DNA of 64,000 nucleotides from Eledone cirrhosa (GCA_964016885.1 OZ024742.1:262446001-262510000); one strand, 5' to 3'; shown: positions 12,995-27,998, counted from the first letter of the stretch. The notes: generated by a model not told the origin, from the sequence alone. Translations and numbers: made by a program.

Positions 12995-14677
12995 CATGAT
13001 TTTTGACTGCGGTAAGAATTTCTTTCTTATATCAAAGCTTAATGGGCTTCCACTGATGATTTATAAGCGCCCACCTAAATTTATTCTTATATGAATATTT
13101 ATTAGGCTTCTACATAAACTGCAAATATTCTCCCAACTTGCAGAAAACTTATAATGAAATAATTGTTTGGAAAGAGAGATGTATTTTAACTTTTAGTTAT
13201 ATCTCATAAAATAATACAACTGGTTTTTCCACATTATACATATTGTTAGCACCCCAAACACTTAAATTGGGTTTATATTTAAATATAACCTAATGTTTGT
13301 TGAGTGAGATGGATACCAGTCAGAGTTTAGCTTTAAACTATCTCTGTTATTGTATTAAATATATATATATATATATATATGTAATTTTCTTATATAGGAT
13401 GTCAATGTTTATGTGTATGTATTTGTGCGGTAAAGCTGTGTTAAGAAACATGTGTTGAATTTTCAATTCTTAGATTTCCTTAGCTGTTCATATATATAGA
13501 TATGTGTGATTATATATAGTTGTATATATGTGTGTTGAATGTATGTCTAAATATATATATACGTAATTTTTTTATATATAGGTATGTATATGTGCATTTA
13601 AGTTTGGTGGTTTACCACTGGATAGAACTGGTCATTCCATATAGTTAACCATGTGTGTGTGTATATATATATATAAGGATTTGAAATCATAAACTGTTGT
13701 CATATTTACAAAAATGATAGGCGATGGGGCCCACCCACAGCCCCGGCGAACATAATGGGGAAGGCGTTTCCCCGGAGGATGGCAAGGGAGACACGCTGGA
13801 AAAGCCACTCCAACTCGCGGGCTCACACCTGCGACTGGCCAGCTCAGCGCCTATAGTGGTGAGTAAGGAGGTAGCCCTGGGGCCGAGGACACCAGAAGAA
13901 GTCTCCACTGCCAGGGGTACGACCGCAAACCTGCCGGAGAGCGACCGGTATTTGATGAGTTTGGCCTCCTCAGCCCGACGTGCAGCAGAATCTGGGTTAG
14001 TCGCAGACTGCACCAGGTTGCAGCTGCAGAAAATGTCGGTGCAAGTGGCATCCCAGACGAGGGGTTTGCCACCGCGGAACGGGGAGATGGTCATGTCATC
14101 TGGTCTTTTGCCGTCCCCTCGATCCAGCCCCACCGGCTCGAGCTGGGAAGGGAAGCCTGCAACGTTCAAGCAATGCTTAATGACCTCGTTGAGGGCACCA
14201 TGGCGTGAAATGCGGCCGGCACTGTGGCGACAGGAAAGAGGGTGGAGGCCGAAAGAGTCCACGATGGAACCGCAGCGACATTGGTGTGGCTGGCAAATCC
14301 GGAGGCCGAGCCTCAGGGAAACGCCGATGCGCAGGCTATGGTTGTCTAGCTGCGTGCCAGTGGAGAATGAGGGCAGGGCATGGAGCAGGCACCATTGTGG
14401 GGTTTGGAGGCCGCACGAAAACAAGCAAGGCAGTGCTGGTCGAGCTGGAGCGTGAGCCCGTCTGAGGCCAGGCTGCACTGGATGGCATCCCAAGTGTGTT
14501 GGAGGGGGGGGGGGGACTTGACGTCAACAGGGGGAGAAGGAGGAGGGACGTCTACTGGGCTAAGTCTCAGCCGGTTGTGTTAAGAGACATTGAGATGAGA
14601 CTTAAAAAATACGTCATTAGTCTTGGAATAGAGCGTAGATAAGTGTTGAATTTTCAATTTCGTGATTTCTTTAGATG

Positions 14678-14713
<36 letters not shown>

Positions 14714-14850
14714 TATAGATATGTGTGATTATATATAGCTGTATATATGCGTGTTGAATGTGTGTCTATATATATATACGTAATTTTTTTATATAGTATG
14801 TCAATGTTTATATGTATGTATTTGTGCGATAAAGCTGTGTTAAGAAATTG
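12835..14850. repeat. Three partial copies of an AT-rich ~190-bp unit (12835-12960, 13380-13590, 14620-14850)
   Basis: Shared tgttgaattttcaatt..ttagatgttcatata and aaagctgtgttaagaaa blocks. Confidence 0.6.
13690..14500 (-). mobile_element. CRE-like non-LTR retrotransposon 3' fragment (Zn knuckle + restriction-like endonuclease)
   Basis: CRCG..HPLSC..RHGALN..EPVGLDRGDGKRPD..LVWDATC..KY..VPLAVET; GC-rich island. Confidence 0.75.
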
Positions 14851-14899
14851 CCATTTCCCATAAAAAAGCCCACCCCTCCTCCACCACCTCCGGTATACA

Positions 14900-17330
14900 T
14901 GTCTGACGCTGTATGCTAGCCACTTCCTCGTGCATATAGCAGTCATGGGGCGGACGGAGGCTCCGTAAGCCGTAGTGTAGGCAACCCGTCTAGGAGAGCT
15001 ACCACTCCGAATAAATTGGTGTGGGGTGGAGAAGCCCCCTAATTCCAGTAAGACGACTTCCCTAGTACTGGTGGCACGAATAAAAGCACCCGGTCCATGC
15101 TGTAAAATGGAGGTAATGGTAGTAGCATTCAGCTATTAAAAAGCCTGCCAAACTATGGGGTGGAAAGAGCCCCTGAGTTCAATATGACAACCTCTCTAGT
15201 GCTAGTGGCACGAATAAAAGCACCCAGTCCATGCTGTAAAGTGGTGCTGGTGTTAGGAAGGGCATCCAACTAGTATATTAATGCCAAATTATGAGCACAA
15301 CGAATAAATATCGCAATAACTGCGAAAACAGCAACAACACTAACCATGTTATGGCTGCGCACGGTAGTGGGGTGGCTAGTGCGGCCATGTGCGAGAAACC
15401 TCTGTCCTTCATCAAGCAATCGCACAACAACATGATTATAAACCAACTAATCATTTGCAACACTAACTTCAAAATACCTACAAACCACCTAATAACCTAC
15501 CAATCAGGCAAGCACATAAGCCAGATTGACTTCTTGCTAGTTAGGCAACGAGACAGACAGATGGTGTCAAATACTAAGGCATACCCCGGAGAAGTTAGTC
15601 GTTAGTGACATCTCAATAAGCAAGAGACAAAAGACTAGCATGGAAGTCAGCCGCTAAAAGAGAGGTTAGACGTCGGGTGTACTTAGCACGCAGGGAAGCT
15701 GAGAGTAGGAGGTTTGCCAATGTTCTGAGACGAGAAGATCAGAGGCATGCGGTGTTCCGCATTGCAAAGCAGTGTGTCAGTGTAAATCAAGATGTTGTTG
15801 GAGATAAGTGTGTCCGAAATGATGCTGGTGTACTTAGTGTCACTGATGCTCAGAAAAAGAAGGCCTGGAAATGTCATTATGAGAGACTGATGAATGTGGA
15901 GAATGAATGGGAGAGAAACTATCCCCAGTAGACCCGACAGAGGGACCAGCTATTGAGATTGACGACTATAGGGTCAAAGTGGCAATTAAGGAAATGAAAA
16001 ATGGTAAGGCCGCTGGACCGTCAGGAATAGTTGCTGAGATGCTGAAGGCATCAGGAGAAGTAGGAACTAAACTGGGTGCACGCATCGTCAATCAAGCTAT
16101 ATATGGCGGAGTCATACTCAAAGACTGGTGCAGCAGTATTCTTATAAATTGCTACAAAGGTAAAGGGGATGCTCTGGAGGAGCAATTATAAGGGCATACA
16201 ACTGATTGATCGGGTTATGAAAGTGGCAGAAAGAATACTAGCACAACTAATTAGAGAAAGGGTCAAATTAGATGAGATGCAGTTAGGTTTTGTGCCTGGG
16301 AAAAGTACAACAGATGCCCTCTTCTCAGTGAGACAACTACAAGAGAGGTTCTTAGAGAAGAATAAGCCACTATACTTAGCTTTTGTTGACCTAGAGAAGG
16401 CCTTTGATAGGGTACCCCAATCTATCATCTGGTGGTCCCTACGGAAGCTAGGTGTTGAGGAATGGCTTGTGATAACAGTGCAAGCTATGTACAAAGGAGC
16501 TGTCAGTAAAGTGAGAGTAGGAGTGGAGTTTAGTGAGGAATTCCAGATACAAGTAGGAGTGCATCAGGGTTCGATCCTCAGCCCACTCTTGTTCATTATA
16601 GTCCTCCAAGCCATAACAGAGGAGTTTAAGACTGGCTGTCCATGGGAACTTCTCTATGCTGACGATCTGGTTCTTATAGCAGAATCAGTAGAGGAGCTAG
16701 AGAATAAATTCTGGCTATGGAAACAGCAGTTGGAATCAAGAGGACTGAGAGTGAACCTAGCTAAGATTAAAATGTTGATAAGTAGAAAAGAGGACACATA
16801 TTTCTACATACCGAACATTGCCATGTTCGATATGTAGAAAAGGAGTTAACATAAATTCACAATGCAGATCTGGGTACACAAGAGATGTTGTGGGATAGCA
16901 GGCAAACTAACAGGTATGGAAAACTACATATGCAGTAGATGTTCAGGGATATTTGACAGTAGAAGTCGCAGTGATAGACACATGTTTGCAATGCAGGTAG
17001 GATCTATAGAGGTAGTTGATAGCTTCCGATACCTAGGTGATCAGATTAGCAAGGGAGGAGGGTGCTCCGAGGCCTTAGTATCTAGAATAAGGACGGGTTG
17101 GAAGAAGTTCAGGGAGCGGCTTCCTTTGTTGATAAAGAAGGGTTTCTCCCTACGAACGAAAGGCCGGTTATATGATGCCTGTGGGAGATGCGCGATGCTG
17201 CATGGTAGTGAGACAAAGTCAGCAACTGCAGAGGATATGCGACGGCTGGAAAGAAATTAAGCAAGTATGCTCCGTTGGATGTGCAATGTCAATGTGCGTG
17301 AATGACCAAGCATAGACGAGCTGAGAGTTC
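14900..17330 (+). mobile_element. RTE-like LINE, internally deleted and frameshifted, with a PHD-like Cys insert in the RT
   Basis: SQIDFLL (APE end), KAAGPSG, FVDLEKAFDRV, GVHQGSILSPLLF, LLYADDL, FRYLG, MLHGSET. WVHKRC..YICSRC lies between RT motifs. Confidence 0.85.
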
Positions 17331-18669
17331 ATTTCAATGTGGCCGAAATGATGAACTGGGAGGTTTCGGATAATGTATTAATGTATTGTTGATAAAATAT
17401 TATATATACTAGCTGGCCCCGAGCCGTCAAAAATGATGACTAATTGTAATATCAACTATATAAAAAGGGTCTGTCTTTCTCTCGCTAAACGATGTTGCCT
17501 TTCAATTCCACTCTCCATTACTGAAATCAACCTAAACTCGTACTACTTAAAGCCACATAAAGCAGGCCGTGATTTATAGTTGCTGTTGTAAAAACTCCCT
17601 ATTTAAAATTTATTACATACATTTGTTAATATAAATATATCAGGCACATGTATGAACTGTTAAATTATACAAATATATACATAAATAGACTCATTAGAGA
17701 AAATAATAATTACTGTAAATAATAATTCGCTGTTTTCTACACTTTGTCACAGCCCCCTTCCTTCCACACTCATCACATGTATGTGTGTGCATGTCATCAT
17801 TATTTTGTATAATCTGTCTGTATATGTATGTGTTTATATTCATATACTCAAAAATAGATGAGTTACCTCCCTTTGCGTGACGGACAAATACACAAGCGCA
17901 CATTATATGTTAGTATATAACAGCTCAGCTTTCATACCATTCGGTAAAGCAGTTTTATTACTCCATTTATTAATATTATTATTATTATTATTACTACTAC
18001 TATTATATATATAAACTCTATGCTTTTCAGCATAGAGTTATGGCTCTTTATGTTATGAGTTCAAATTCCGCCTTTCATCCTTACGGGATCGATAAAATAA
18101 AGCACCAGTAATGCACTGGATAATTGCTGGCCTTGTGCCAAAATTAGAAACAATTATATATCATTTCTCTAATACCCCGTCCATTATCACTCCCTAGATT
18201 CCTATCACTTTCTTTTGATCATTAACATCTTCTCTTACAACTAATACAGGCCGACTATATATGCTCACTCCACTTTTCCACTGCTCTGTATACACATATA
18301 CACACCCTTATAGTAACATACTTTTGCTCATAGCTTCGTACTTACATGCACACACACACTCTTATACTCACATATACACACACTTTTCTTCTTAGCTTCG
18401 TACGGACGTATAATAACACGCACACACACATACACACACGCTTACGCACGTGCACAAGTATAGCTCTTTTTACAAAACCGTTTTTTTTCCATTTCAGGTA
18501 GACGCACTCCATCATCCACTTTTCTAAAAAAAATAAATCATACACAAAACGCCAGCACCAACGGTTTTGCATGAGATGTCAACATGAGTGGACCTGTTAT
18601 TTTTATCTAAAGATATTTTTTCCAATTCCAACCCGCCCGTCCCCTCAATCTATCTTATTTCTCATTCTT

Positions 18670-18790
18670 TCTTCTGATGACGGATTAGCATCCGAAACGT
18701 TAAGACCCTCTTCCTGCTATATCAAGCGTTAACCTAATATATCCCTTCCATATACTGTACCGGTTGTGTTGTTATTTCTGTTTACCTTTT
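18670..18790 (+). ncRNA. Minimal hammerhead (18670-18705) heading a family H tail (also at 485-572 + and 12150-12215 -)
   Basis: tctt-CTGATGA-cGGATtagcATCC-GAAA-CG-TT-aaga; loopless palindromic stem III (ACGT). Confidence 0.65.
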
Positions 18791-18792
18791 AC

Positions 18793-18873
<81 letters not shown>

Positions 18874-18949
18874 GTATACTCCAGTCCTACAAACTGTAGA
18901 GTGCTTCTTATCCGATTGCTTTATTGTACTACAATAAAACTCACCTCCT

Positions 18950-19162
<213 letters not shown>

Positions 19163-19246
19163 TACACATATATATATATACATATAAATATATATATATG
19201 TATTAATATATAAATAAATAAACAAATATATATATATATATATATT

Positions 19247-20460
<1,214 letters not shown>

Positions 20461-20988
20461 TATAGTGTTTGCCCCTTTCTATTTCTCTTTCTTTCTCTCT
20501 CTCTCACTCTCTCTTCATTTTCTTTCTTTTTCTTTGTTTTCTCTTTCTTTTTGTCATTATGATATCATAACAAATTATTAGTGTTGATCGGAAGCAGGAC
20601 CAATTCTCCGGAAGTAGAAGTTATTAAAGAGACGCCATCACGATGCTAACTCATTATAATGAATTGCTTTCTCAAGTCTCGCCGCTATTTTGCAAGACCC
20701 TTTTGGTAGGCTATGTATGATCTGTTGTGTCCTTGAGGAAGACACTATTTCACGTTGCTTAAGTTCCTTCAGGTGGAAAAAAAATTAAGTTCAACGTACC
20801 TCTTCTTACGGCAAACAACAACAACAATAAGGTATATTTCAGTCAGAAAATCTCAGATATTTATTCAATATGGTAGATATCACGTGACTCCATTGTTTAG
20901 TCACGTGAACAATAATACTATTTTCTTCTCGGTGACGGGGGTGATTAAGGATGAATAGGTAGATGTTGACAATAGAGGTATATAGTAA

Positions 20989-21055
<67 letters not shown>

Positions 21056-21465
21056 TATTTCTTTATTAGTCAGAAGGGCTTGCACATATAATAAAGTAAA
21101 CATTGAAGGTTCCAATACACGTGGAGCTGGAATGACAAATAATAATATTAACAACAGCAACAATAATAATATTAACAACACCAACAAGAGTGACAATAAA
21201 TTATGAGAAAACATGTATTGTAAAACAACCATATACGTTTAATCTCTCCCCACCTCCGTATTGCTGATTGTGTGTGTAGAAGAGAGAGAGAGAAAGGGGT
21301 CATTTGGCGGCGTGGCTGGGAGTTTTTCAGTCTGAAAACACCTATAACAAATGGTGTTCATTTAACGCCATGCTTACACACACACACACACACTCATAGA
21401 AACACTCACACACACACATATATATATATGCATACATACATGCATACACACATACATACATACAT

Positions 21466-21515
<50 letters not shown>

Positions 21516-21544
21516 GTGTATAGTGTTCGCCCCTCTCTATTTCA

Positions 21545-21598
<54 letters not shown>

Positions 21599-21650
21599 GG
21601 TGTGTGTATGTGTGTGTGTACATTGTTAGGAATGTTCGTTTAGAATATTT

Positions 21651-21820
21651 TGTTGAAATGTACAATTAGAATGTCCTGTTAAAATGTACAATCAAACATC
21701 CTGTTAAAATGTGCAATTAAAACGTCCTGTTAAAATGCAGATCTGTTTAACCAGGTCCATAGAAGGATTTGAACGCACCATTAAAATGTTCTGTTAAAAT
21801 GTACGATTAAAATATCCATT
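21651..21820. repeat. Degenerate ~25-bp tandem repeat in the presumed 3' UTR
   Basis: About 5 units of (c)ctgttaaaatgtacaattaaaa. Confidence 0.6.
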
Positions 21821-21862
21821 TTGAATCTGTGGTTGAAGCAAGACAATTGTTGTAAGGTCCGT

Positions 21863-23589
21863 TCATTGTTCAGTTGGTCTCCAGCCTTTAATAAACATTG
21901 CCAGTTTGGTCACTTCGAGTTTCCTGATACCCGGAATACACTCCAGTGCATCCTTGTCCAACTGGGTCATCAGTGTACCGTCTATCTTCTCTGATATCAT
22001 CTTCTCCCTAATTTCTTGTCGTATACCCAGTTTCTCCATGGCTGACGATAAATCCCTAATCGACATACCCACAATGTGACTAGCTTTACTGTTTATGATG
22101 TCCCGCACGCCAGAATCTCCCGAAGAAGAATTCGATGTACGAGACGACGGCTCTTCTACTCCGTAAGTCGACAACGATGCTCCTAGCGGCAAATCATCTT
22201 CATTGTTTTCGTCAGAATACAAGATATTTTCTTCAGAAGGGAACTTATTTTCTTTTAAAAGATCACTTCCGCTTCCGGCCACGCTACTCGTCTCGCTATC
22301 TAGATATTGCGAGAGCTCCTTAAGATCTTCCAGATTGGCATATTCAACATCCTCGTAATCGGTGTTACCACCTGATGAGCCGCTGTATGACGAACCAGAA
22401 GCACGTCGTTTAGGACTGGCCTTTTGAGGCAACGGTGATTCCGTGCCAAGATCATTGCACTCCTCATTGTGATAGATCGATTCCGCTTCAAAGCAGTCCA
22501 CCGACGATAATCTCCAGTTCGCTAAACAAGACTTGGTTATATCAACATTGTCGTCATGACAGATATTCATGTTACTGTGTCCCGATATCCACCCGTCCAT
22601 TTGTTGCATTTTATTTCTGTACACGGGTAGAGTCATGTAATTGTTCTCGATCGCCTCAAACTGTCTATCAGGTATTGGTAAGAGTGGTTTGTTCTTATTG
22701 ATCCAGGTCATTGATTGATAGTTACCGTCTTCGATTTCCATTTCGATTTTATGTTCGAAAGAACGTGGCTGTGCGTAAATGGTCGAAGAAGAATTATTCG
22801 GTGGCTCCGGTAAGGCCGCTTGGGGACGCTCGTTGATGCAGTTTAAATAGATGGCCTCCTTGACGTCAGAAGGGAAGCTATAAAGAACTTTCATGTCTCT
22901 GGCGTATATGTGAGCTTTCTCTTTACACAACCTTATGGCTGCCTGGTAGTTACAGTTGCCCGTTAACTCGCTGTTGTTCTCAGCCACGTAATATTTCAGT
23001 GGACAAAACACAGGGACCTCCATCAAAATGTTTTTTTTGTTTAAAATGGTTGCGGCTATTATGGTGGTGTCTTCAAAAGATTTCTTCAACACTAATGTCC
23101 CAGTGAATGAACAGGGCGTCGCTGGCTCTTTGCCGTACACCAGTTTCACTAGACACGGACAAGATGTTTCTTTAAGAAGCTCTTCAAGTTGTAGAATTAA
23201 CGGTTTACTCAAAGGACCAACCTGGTAAAATGTCCCCTTTTGTGAGATTGGAAGCATTAATTCCCGATCCATATCGTCGGTACTCATAAGGAAATTCTCC
23301 TCCACAAATTTTGCCTTTCGTAAAATACCTTTTCGTTTTACTTTGGCTTTCCCTGTGAATACGCGCCCTTTCTGAAGAATGTCTCCGGGGAAGAGCATTC
23401 GTTGCTCGAAGTCAACATTGCTGCCTTCTCTGTTTATTACTTGTAAAGCTTTGATCTTTTCTGTTCCGGCAATTAAAAACCGACTGGCCTTCGTCCGGGC
23501 CAGTTTTTCCACGTATTTACAAGGCACTACTTTCTGTGCTATCATCTGTGATTTGGCTGTAGAATGTTCTTGAGTGAGAGCAAACCAAC
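21863..23589 (-). CDS. GAREM-like CABIT-SAM adaptor protein, last coding exon
   Basis: Intact non-repetitive ORF. Acceptor tttccag|GT TGG TTT at 23590/23589. C-terminal SAM (EKIDGTLMTQL..KLEVTKLAMFIKGWRP) resembles the GAREM terminus. TGA at 21865-21863. Confidence 0.85.
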
Positions 23590-23715
23590 CTGGAAATAGA
23601 GAGACAAGGAAAATTTGTATTACTACATGCATATAGTTACAGAAACAGAGGCATATAAACACACACAGACGCACACACATAGACATACATATATACACAT
23701 GCCTATACTCCTCCC

Positions 23716-23851
<136 letters not shown>

Positions 23852-25432
23852 ACAGTAGAAAATGCACACAGTTATATAACACGAACAGACAAATGTATCG
23901 TTTCCTCGTGAGTCACCTTGCTGGCAGTGCAGTTTCGCACATTAAAGTGGTACTGCACTTGTGATGCCCGTTTGCGCAACAGATTGGAGCTCGGTCTATT
24001 AGTGAAATGCAAAGAATAGGCAAAAAAAATGTATGGGTGTCTTTCGACCAAAGGAGGTAAATATGTGAAAAAACTAGAATTAAATTGATAACAGACTATG
24101 CATATATATGTTTTTTCTTCCAAATATGGTTTGTCAGTCAGTGTCAAATCATTTAAAGACAAGGGAACGAACAAAAATTGTGTTTTCATAGCCTATGTCC
24201 GTTCCCATGACTTTATATCGGATTGCCTCGGAAACGTAATCTTATTACATAATGATGCTGTCTGATGAGATCGTGTGACCGGTTACCTGATTGAGCAATC
24301 ACTTATCCACGATCGTCATTGAAATATGTACCACAGCTTTGTTAGTAAAGGACTCTTTAACATCTACACCGAACTTCGTGTTTTCCTTATTCTCTCTTTC
24401 TATATATAACTATATGCATATAAACATAATAAACAATCGTGCCTCAGCATATCCACAGTTTGATGATTGAAACCAGTATAAGAATAAAGAATACAAAATT
24501 GAGAAAGATTTGACCAAGAAAGACTAGTGTGTGGTGAACCTAATTCACAAGGAATGTAATTGAAATGAAGTCTCGCTGCTATTTCTGGTAAAACGACTAC
24601 AAAGAATCCCCCCACCATCCTCATTGACTCATCATGACCTATAGGTTAAGGTGTTTAACTCGCAATGGGTTCGATTCTATGGCTGGGCGACACTTCATTT
24701 TTCGTTACTTTTCATGGGTAGGGCTAGAGTCCCCATCATTAAAACACATGAGAAACCTGAGCAGTGAATTTCATTTTTTCTTTTTTTTTTGTTAATAGGA
24801 AGAGATTATTTATGTCTTATGGACGAAGGCATGGCTCTGTCCCAGGTTGGACCCAACGTGATATATTAGGCAAGTGTGTTCACCGAAGCCACGGCTCGAC
24901 AGAAACCTTATGAATGAAAGTAGGTAGCGTTAGTTTTCATCTAACAAATCTATGCTGAAATGCGCTCCAGCCGAGCCCATCCCGTATCATTTACTCACAG
25001 TATATCTAGAACTACATTATCCACTGTATACTTCCTATTTTGCAATATAGTAGGCTGTGATTTGAGAGAGATTTAGCTGCTATTTATGTCATGTTGAGCG
25101 ACTACGCAGCGACTTTCCTGGCGGCCCTTGGTTGCTTTAGTTGCTTTACTAAACAGCAACAGATTGCGTCACATCTACCGGATTTCTGTGTTCGAATTCA
25201 ACAAGCGTCCTATCTATTTCAAGACACTATTTTAGTATGCTGAGTTACATCCGACCATACAAGTATTCGTTCCGGATTCTCCCAACCTCAATCAATCACA
25301 GATTTCATTCACATTTTTATACACACTTACATGTATATACATGCATGTGTATATGCATATAATGAATGTATATATGTATGTATATATATATATGCATATA
25401 CATCTAAATATATACAAATGTATATATACATA

Positions 25433-25590
25433 GGTGGCGAATTGGCAGAGTCGTTAGAACGTCGGATAGAATGCTTTGTTATTCGTCCCGGTTCTCTGCT
25501 CTCGGAGTTCAAATCCAGCCGAGGTCAACTTTGCCTTTCATCCTTTCGAGGTTGATAAAAAAATTGCCAGTTTAGTACTGGGGTCAATTC
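25433..25590 (+). mobile_element. tRNA-derived SINE (Meta-like core)
   Basis: tggcagagtcgttaga..gagttcaaatcc..gccgaggtcaactttgcctttcatcc. Confidence 0.7.
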
Positions 25591-26121
25591 TTCCTCTCTC
25601 TGGAAGAAATTTGCTTATTGAGGCCTGGCTTAAAATGCTGAAGAAACGCCGTATACGATGCCCTAACAAAGCTATGAGGAGTTACGGGACCATATATACA
25701 TATCTATATATCCACGTATATATACATCTCTCTCTATATATATACACACACATATGTGTCTGTGTGCATGTATGTATGTACGTATGAATAAATTGTCGAT
25801 TATTGAACTCGTATTGAGTACTGTGTAATTGTTTAATTATTTAACGACAGCCAATCATATTACGTGTTTCAAATGCTTCAGGTTAATATACGGGAATACA
25901 CAATTCTATTAATACGGGAATACACAATATCTAACAGGTTCGAAGTTTTGTCTGTAGCCACGGAATTACGTTCGGTGTTGTTATTATTTACATCCCGTTT
26001 CAGTTCATCAGTTCTACAGTTCGAAAGTTCGACAGCTTATTGTACTTCATTGTGTCGAAATAGAAATTTATAAATTACTGTTCCTTGTTCAATTACGTAT
26101 GCGCACAGGGAAATAAAGACA

Positions 26122-26176
26122 CAGCAAGGTAGGATTCGAACCTAGGCGGTGAAACCCCAATGAACTTCCAATCCAT
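26122..26176 (-). pseudogene. 5'-truncated tRNA-Ser-like pseudogene
   Basis: Minus strand atggattggaagttcattggggtttcaccgcctaggttcgaatcct resembles the tRNA-Ser anticodon, variable and T arms; D arm missing. Confidence 0.55.
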
Positions 26177-26185
26177 GTACGCATG

Positions 26186-26224
<39 letters not shown>

Positions 26225-26267
26225 AAAGAAATCAAAGAACGCCTACATACTCATACAATTTTTATTT

Positions 26268-26312
26268 GCTGACAATGTTTCATCCATACCATGGGGCTGG
26301 AATCATCAGAGC
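26268..26312 (-). ncRNA. Minimal hammerhead ribozyme, sense to the host-gene intron
   Basis: gct-CTGATGA-tTCCAgccccatggtaTGGAt-GAAA-CattG-TC-agc. Confidence 0.7.
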
Positions 26313-26387
26313 TTTATAAACAAAAATATAGTACTGAGTATAAGCTCTACCAAGCTTAGTCACACGAACATTAGATATACAGTACAG

Positions 26388-26684
26388 CAGTGCTACTCAA
26401 AGTGGTGGTCCGTGGACAGGTGCTGGTACGCGAGCCATCAGCTACCGGTACGCGGCCAGTGTCCAGGCCATGCTAAGGAATCATTTGGGGAATTTTTTTA
26501 ATTACTTTTTTTATGTTTTGATATTGTATTATTTGTTTACAAAATAAATAGAAGATTTAAAAAATGGTCAACTATTATTATATTCATTATATATATCGTT
26601 TCCGGTATCAATTAATATTACTGGTACGTGGCACATAGAAAAAAAAATGCCGGTCCGCCACATCAGATAGTTTGACAAGCACTG
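26388..26684. mobile_element. hAT-family MITE
   Basis: TIRs cagtgctactcaaa / tttgacaagcactg; perfect 8-bp TSD cagtacag (26380-26387, 26685-26692). Confidence 0.85.
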
Positions 26685-27015
26685 CAGTACAGGATAATAA
26701 TAGGGAGATCGAAAATGGAAAGGATGGAGAGAATGCGTAATGGGGTTGTTATTCAACATTATAGCTACATATGAGGATATAGGCAGATTTACTCACAAGA
26801 GACGGAGGCACATGAGGGCACACAGAAAGAAATAAAGCATTTAACGATAGTTAAAAAATGTAATAATAATAATAAAGTAAAAGAAAAATAATAATACAAA
26901 AAGATAAATTCTTTTACATATAACGGCTCTGTTCTTGTACATTGAGCTAATACAATACTGTCACAAATACGACACGGTGCAGGTGCGTTTATGCACATAC
27001 GCTCCGTTGTCTACG

Positions 27016-27074
<59 letters not shown>

Positions 27075-27079
<5 letters not shown>

Positions 27080-27738
27080 TTGGTGCTCTGAATTAGCGAT
27101 ATATATATATATGAATGTATATATAGTGTATTTTGCAATACACTGTATGCTTGATTAAAAGCATTTTGAAGACCTTACGCTATTGTTTTAAAGTAGTGAG
27201 AATGTCACTTACTTCAATTTTCAGCAAACAAAGGGAGATAAGCTGACAGAGCTCTGTTTCGAACTTGTTGGTACTTATCAAAGCTCAGCACTCCTCCTGT
27301 CTAATGAAAATTATGAATGTTTGATTCTTATAGAATTCCAGTAATAATCAGGAACTGATTATACAGAGCGGTTGCCGGTCCAGCAAAAATTGAAAATTAG
27401 AATTGGTGCTCTGAATTAGCGATATATATATATATGAATGTATATATAGTGTATTTTGCAATACACTGTATGCTTGATTAAAAGCATTTTGAAGACCTTA
27501 CGCTATTGTTTTAAAGTAGTGACAATGTCACTTACTTCAATTTTCAGCAAGCAGGAGGAGTGCTGATCTTTTATAAGTACCAACAAGTACGAAACAGAGC
27601 TCTGTCAGCTTATCTCCCCTTGTTTGCTGAAAATTAAAGTAAGTGACATTGTCACTACTTTAAAACAATAGCGTAAGGTCTTCAAAATGCTTTTAATCAA
27701 GCATACAGTGTATTGCAAAATACACTATATATACATTC

Positions 27739-27745
<7 letters not shown>
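27075..27745. mobile_element. Family C dimer with U3-A8 hammerhead cores in opposite orientations
   Basis: Minus 27241-27285 reads agct-TTGATAA-gtac caacaa gttc-GAAA-cagagctctg-TC-agct. A plus copy at ~27565-27610 lies inside ~130-bp inverted arms. Confidence 0.7.
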
Positions 27746-27772
<27 letters not shown>

Positions 27773-27780
27773 ATATATAT

Positions 27781-27935
27781 AACGAAGGAAATGTGTTAAG
27801 GAACCAGATGGACCATAACGCACCAAAGTACTCAATATTTAGGGTAGTAGAGTGGGTAATAGGAACGAGTAGGACCCCGACGGCTGAATTAGCCGTCGAA
27901 ACGGCTTGAGCTCAGCCGTCGGGGTCCTACTCGTT

Positions 27936-27937
<2 letters not shown>
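27781..27937 (-). mobile_element. Family A fold-back element
   Basis: Tail plus inverted repeat ggaacgagtaggacccc / ggggtcctactcgttcc in (TA)n. Confidence 0.75.

Positions 27938-27992
<55 letters not shown>

Positions 27993-27998
<6 letters not shown>

Noticed and set aside
13052-13080. CTGATGA at ~13052
   Set aside because: No stem II or GAAA downstream.
14905-14960. Possible HDV-like ribozyme at the RTE 5' end (gctgtatgc..cacttcctcgtg..catatagc)
   Set aside because: A hairpin and an L3-like ttcctc are present, but I could not build P1.1, J4/2 or P2.
23590-23698. First 36 aa of the 611-aa ORF (MYICMSMCV...)
   Set aside because: Intronic read-through upstream of a clear polypyrimidine-CAG acceptor.
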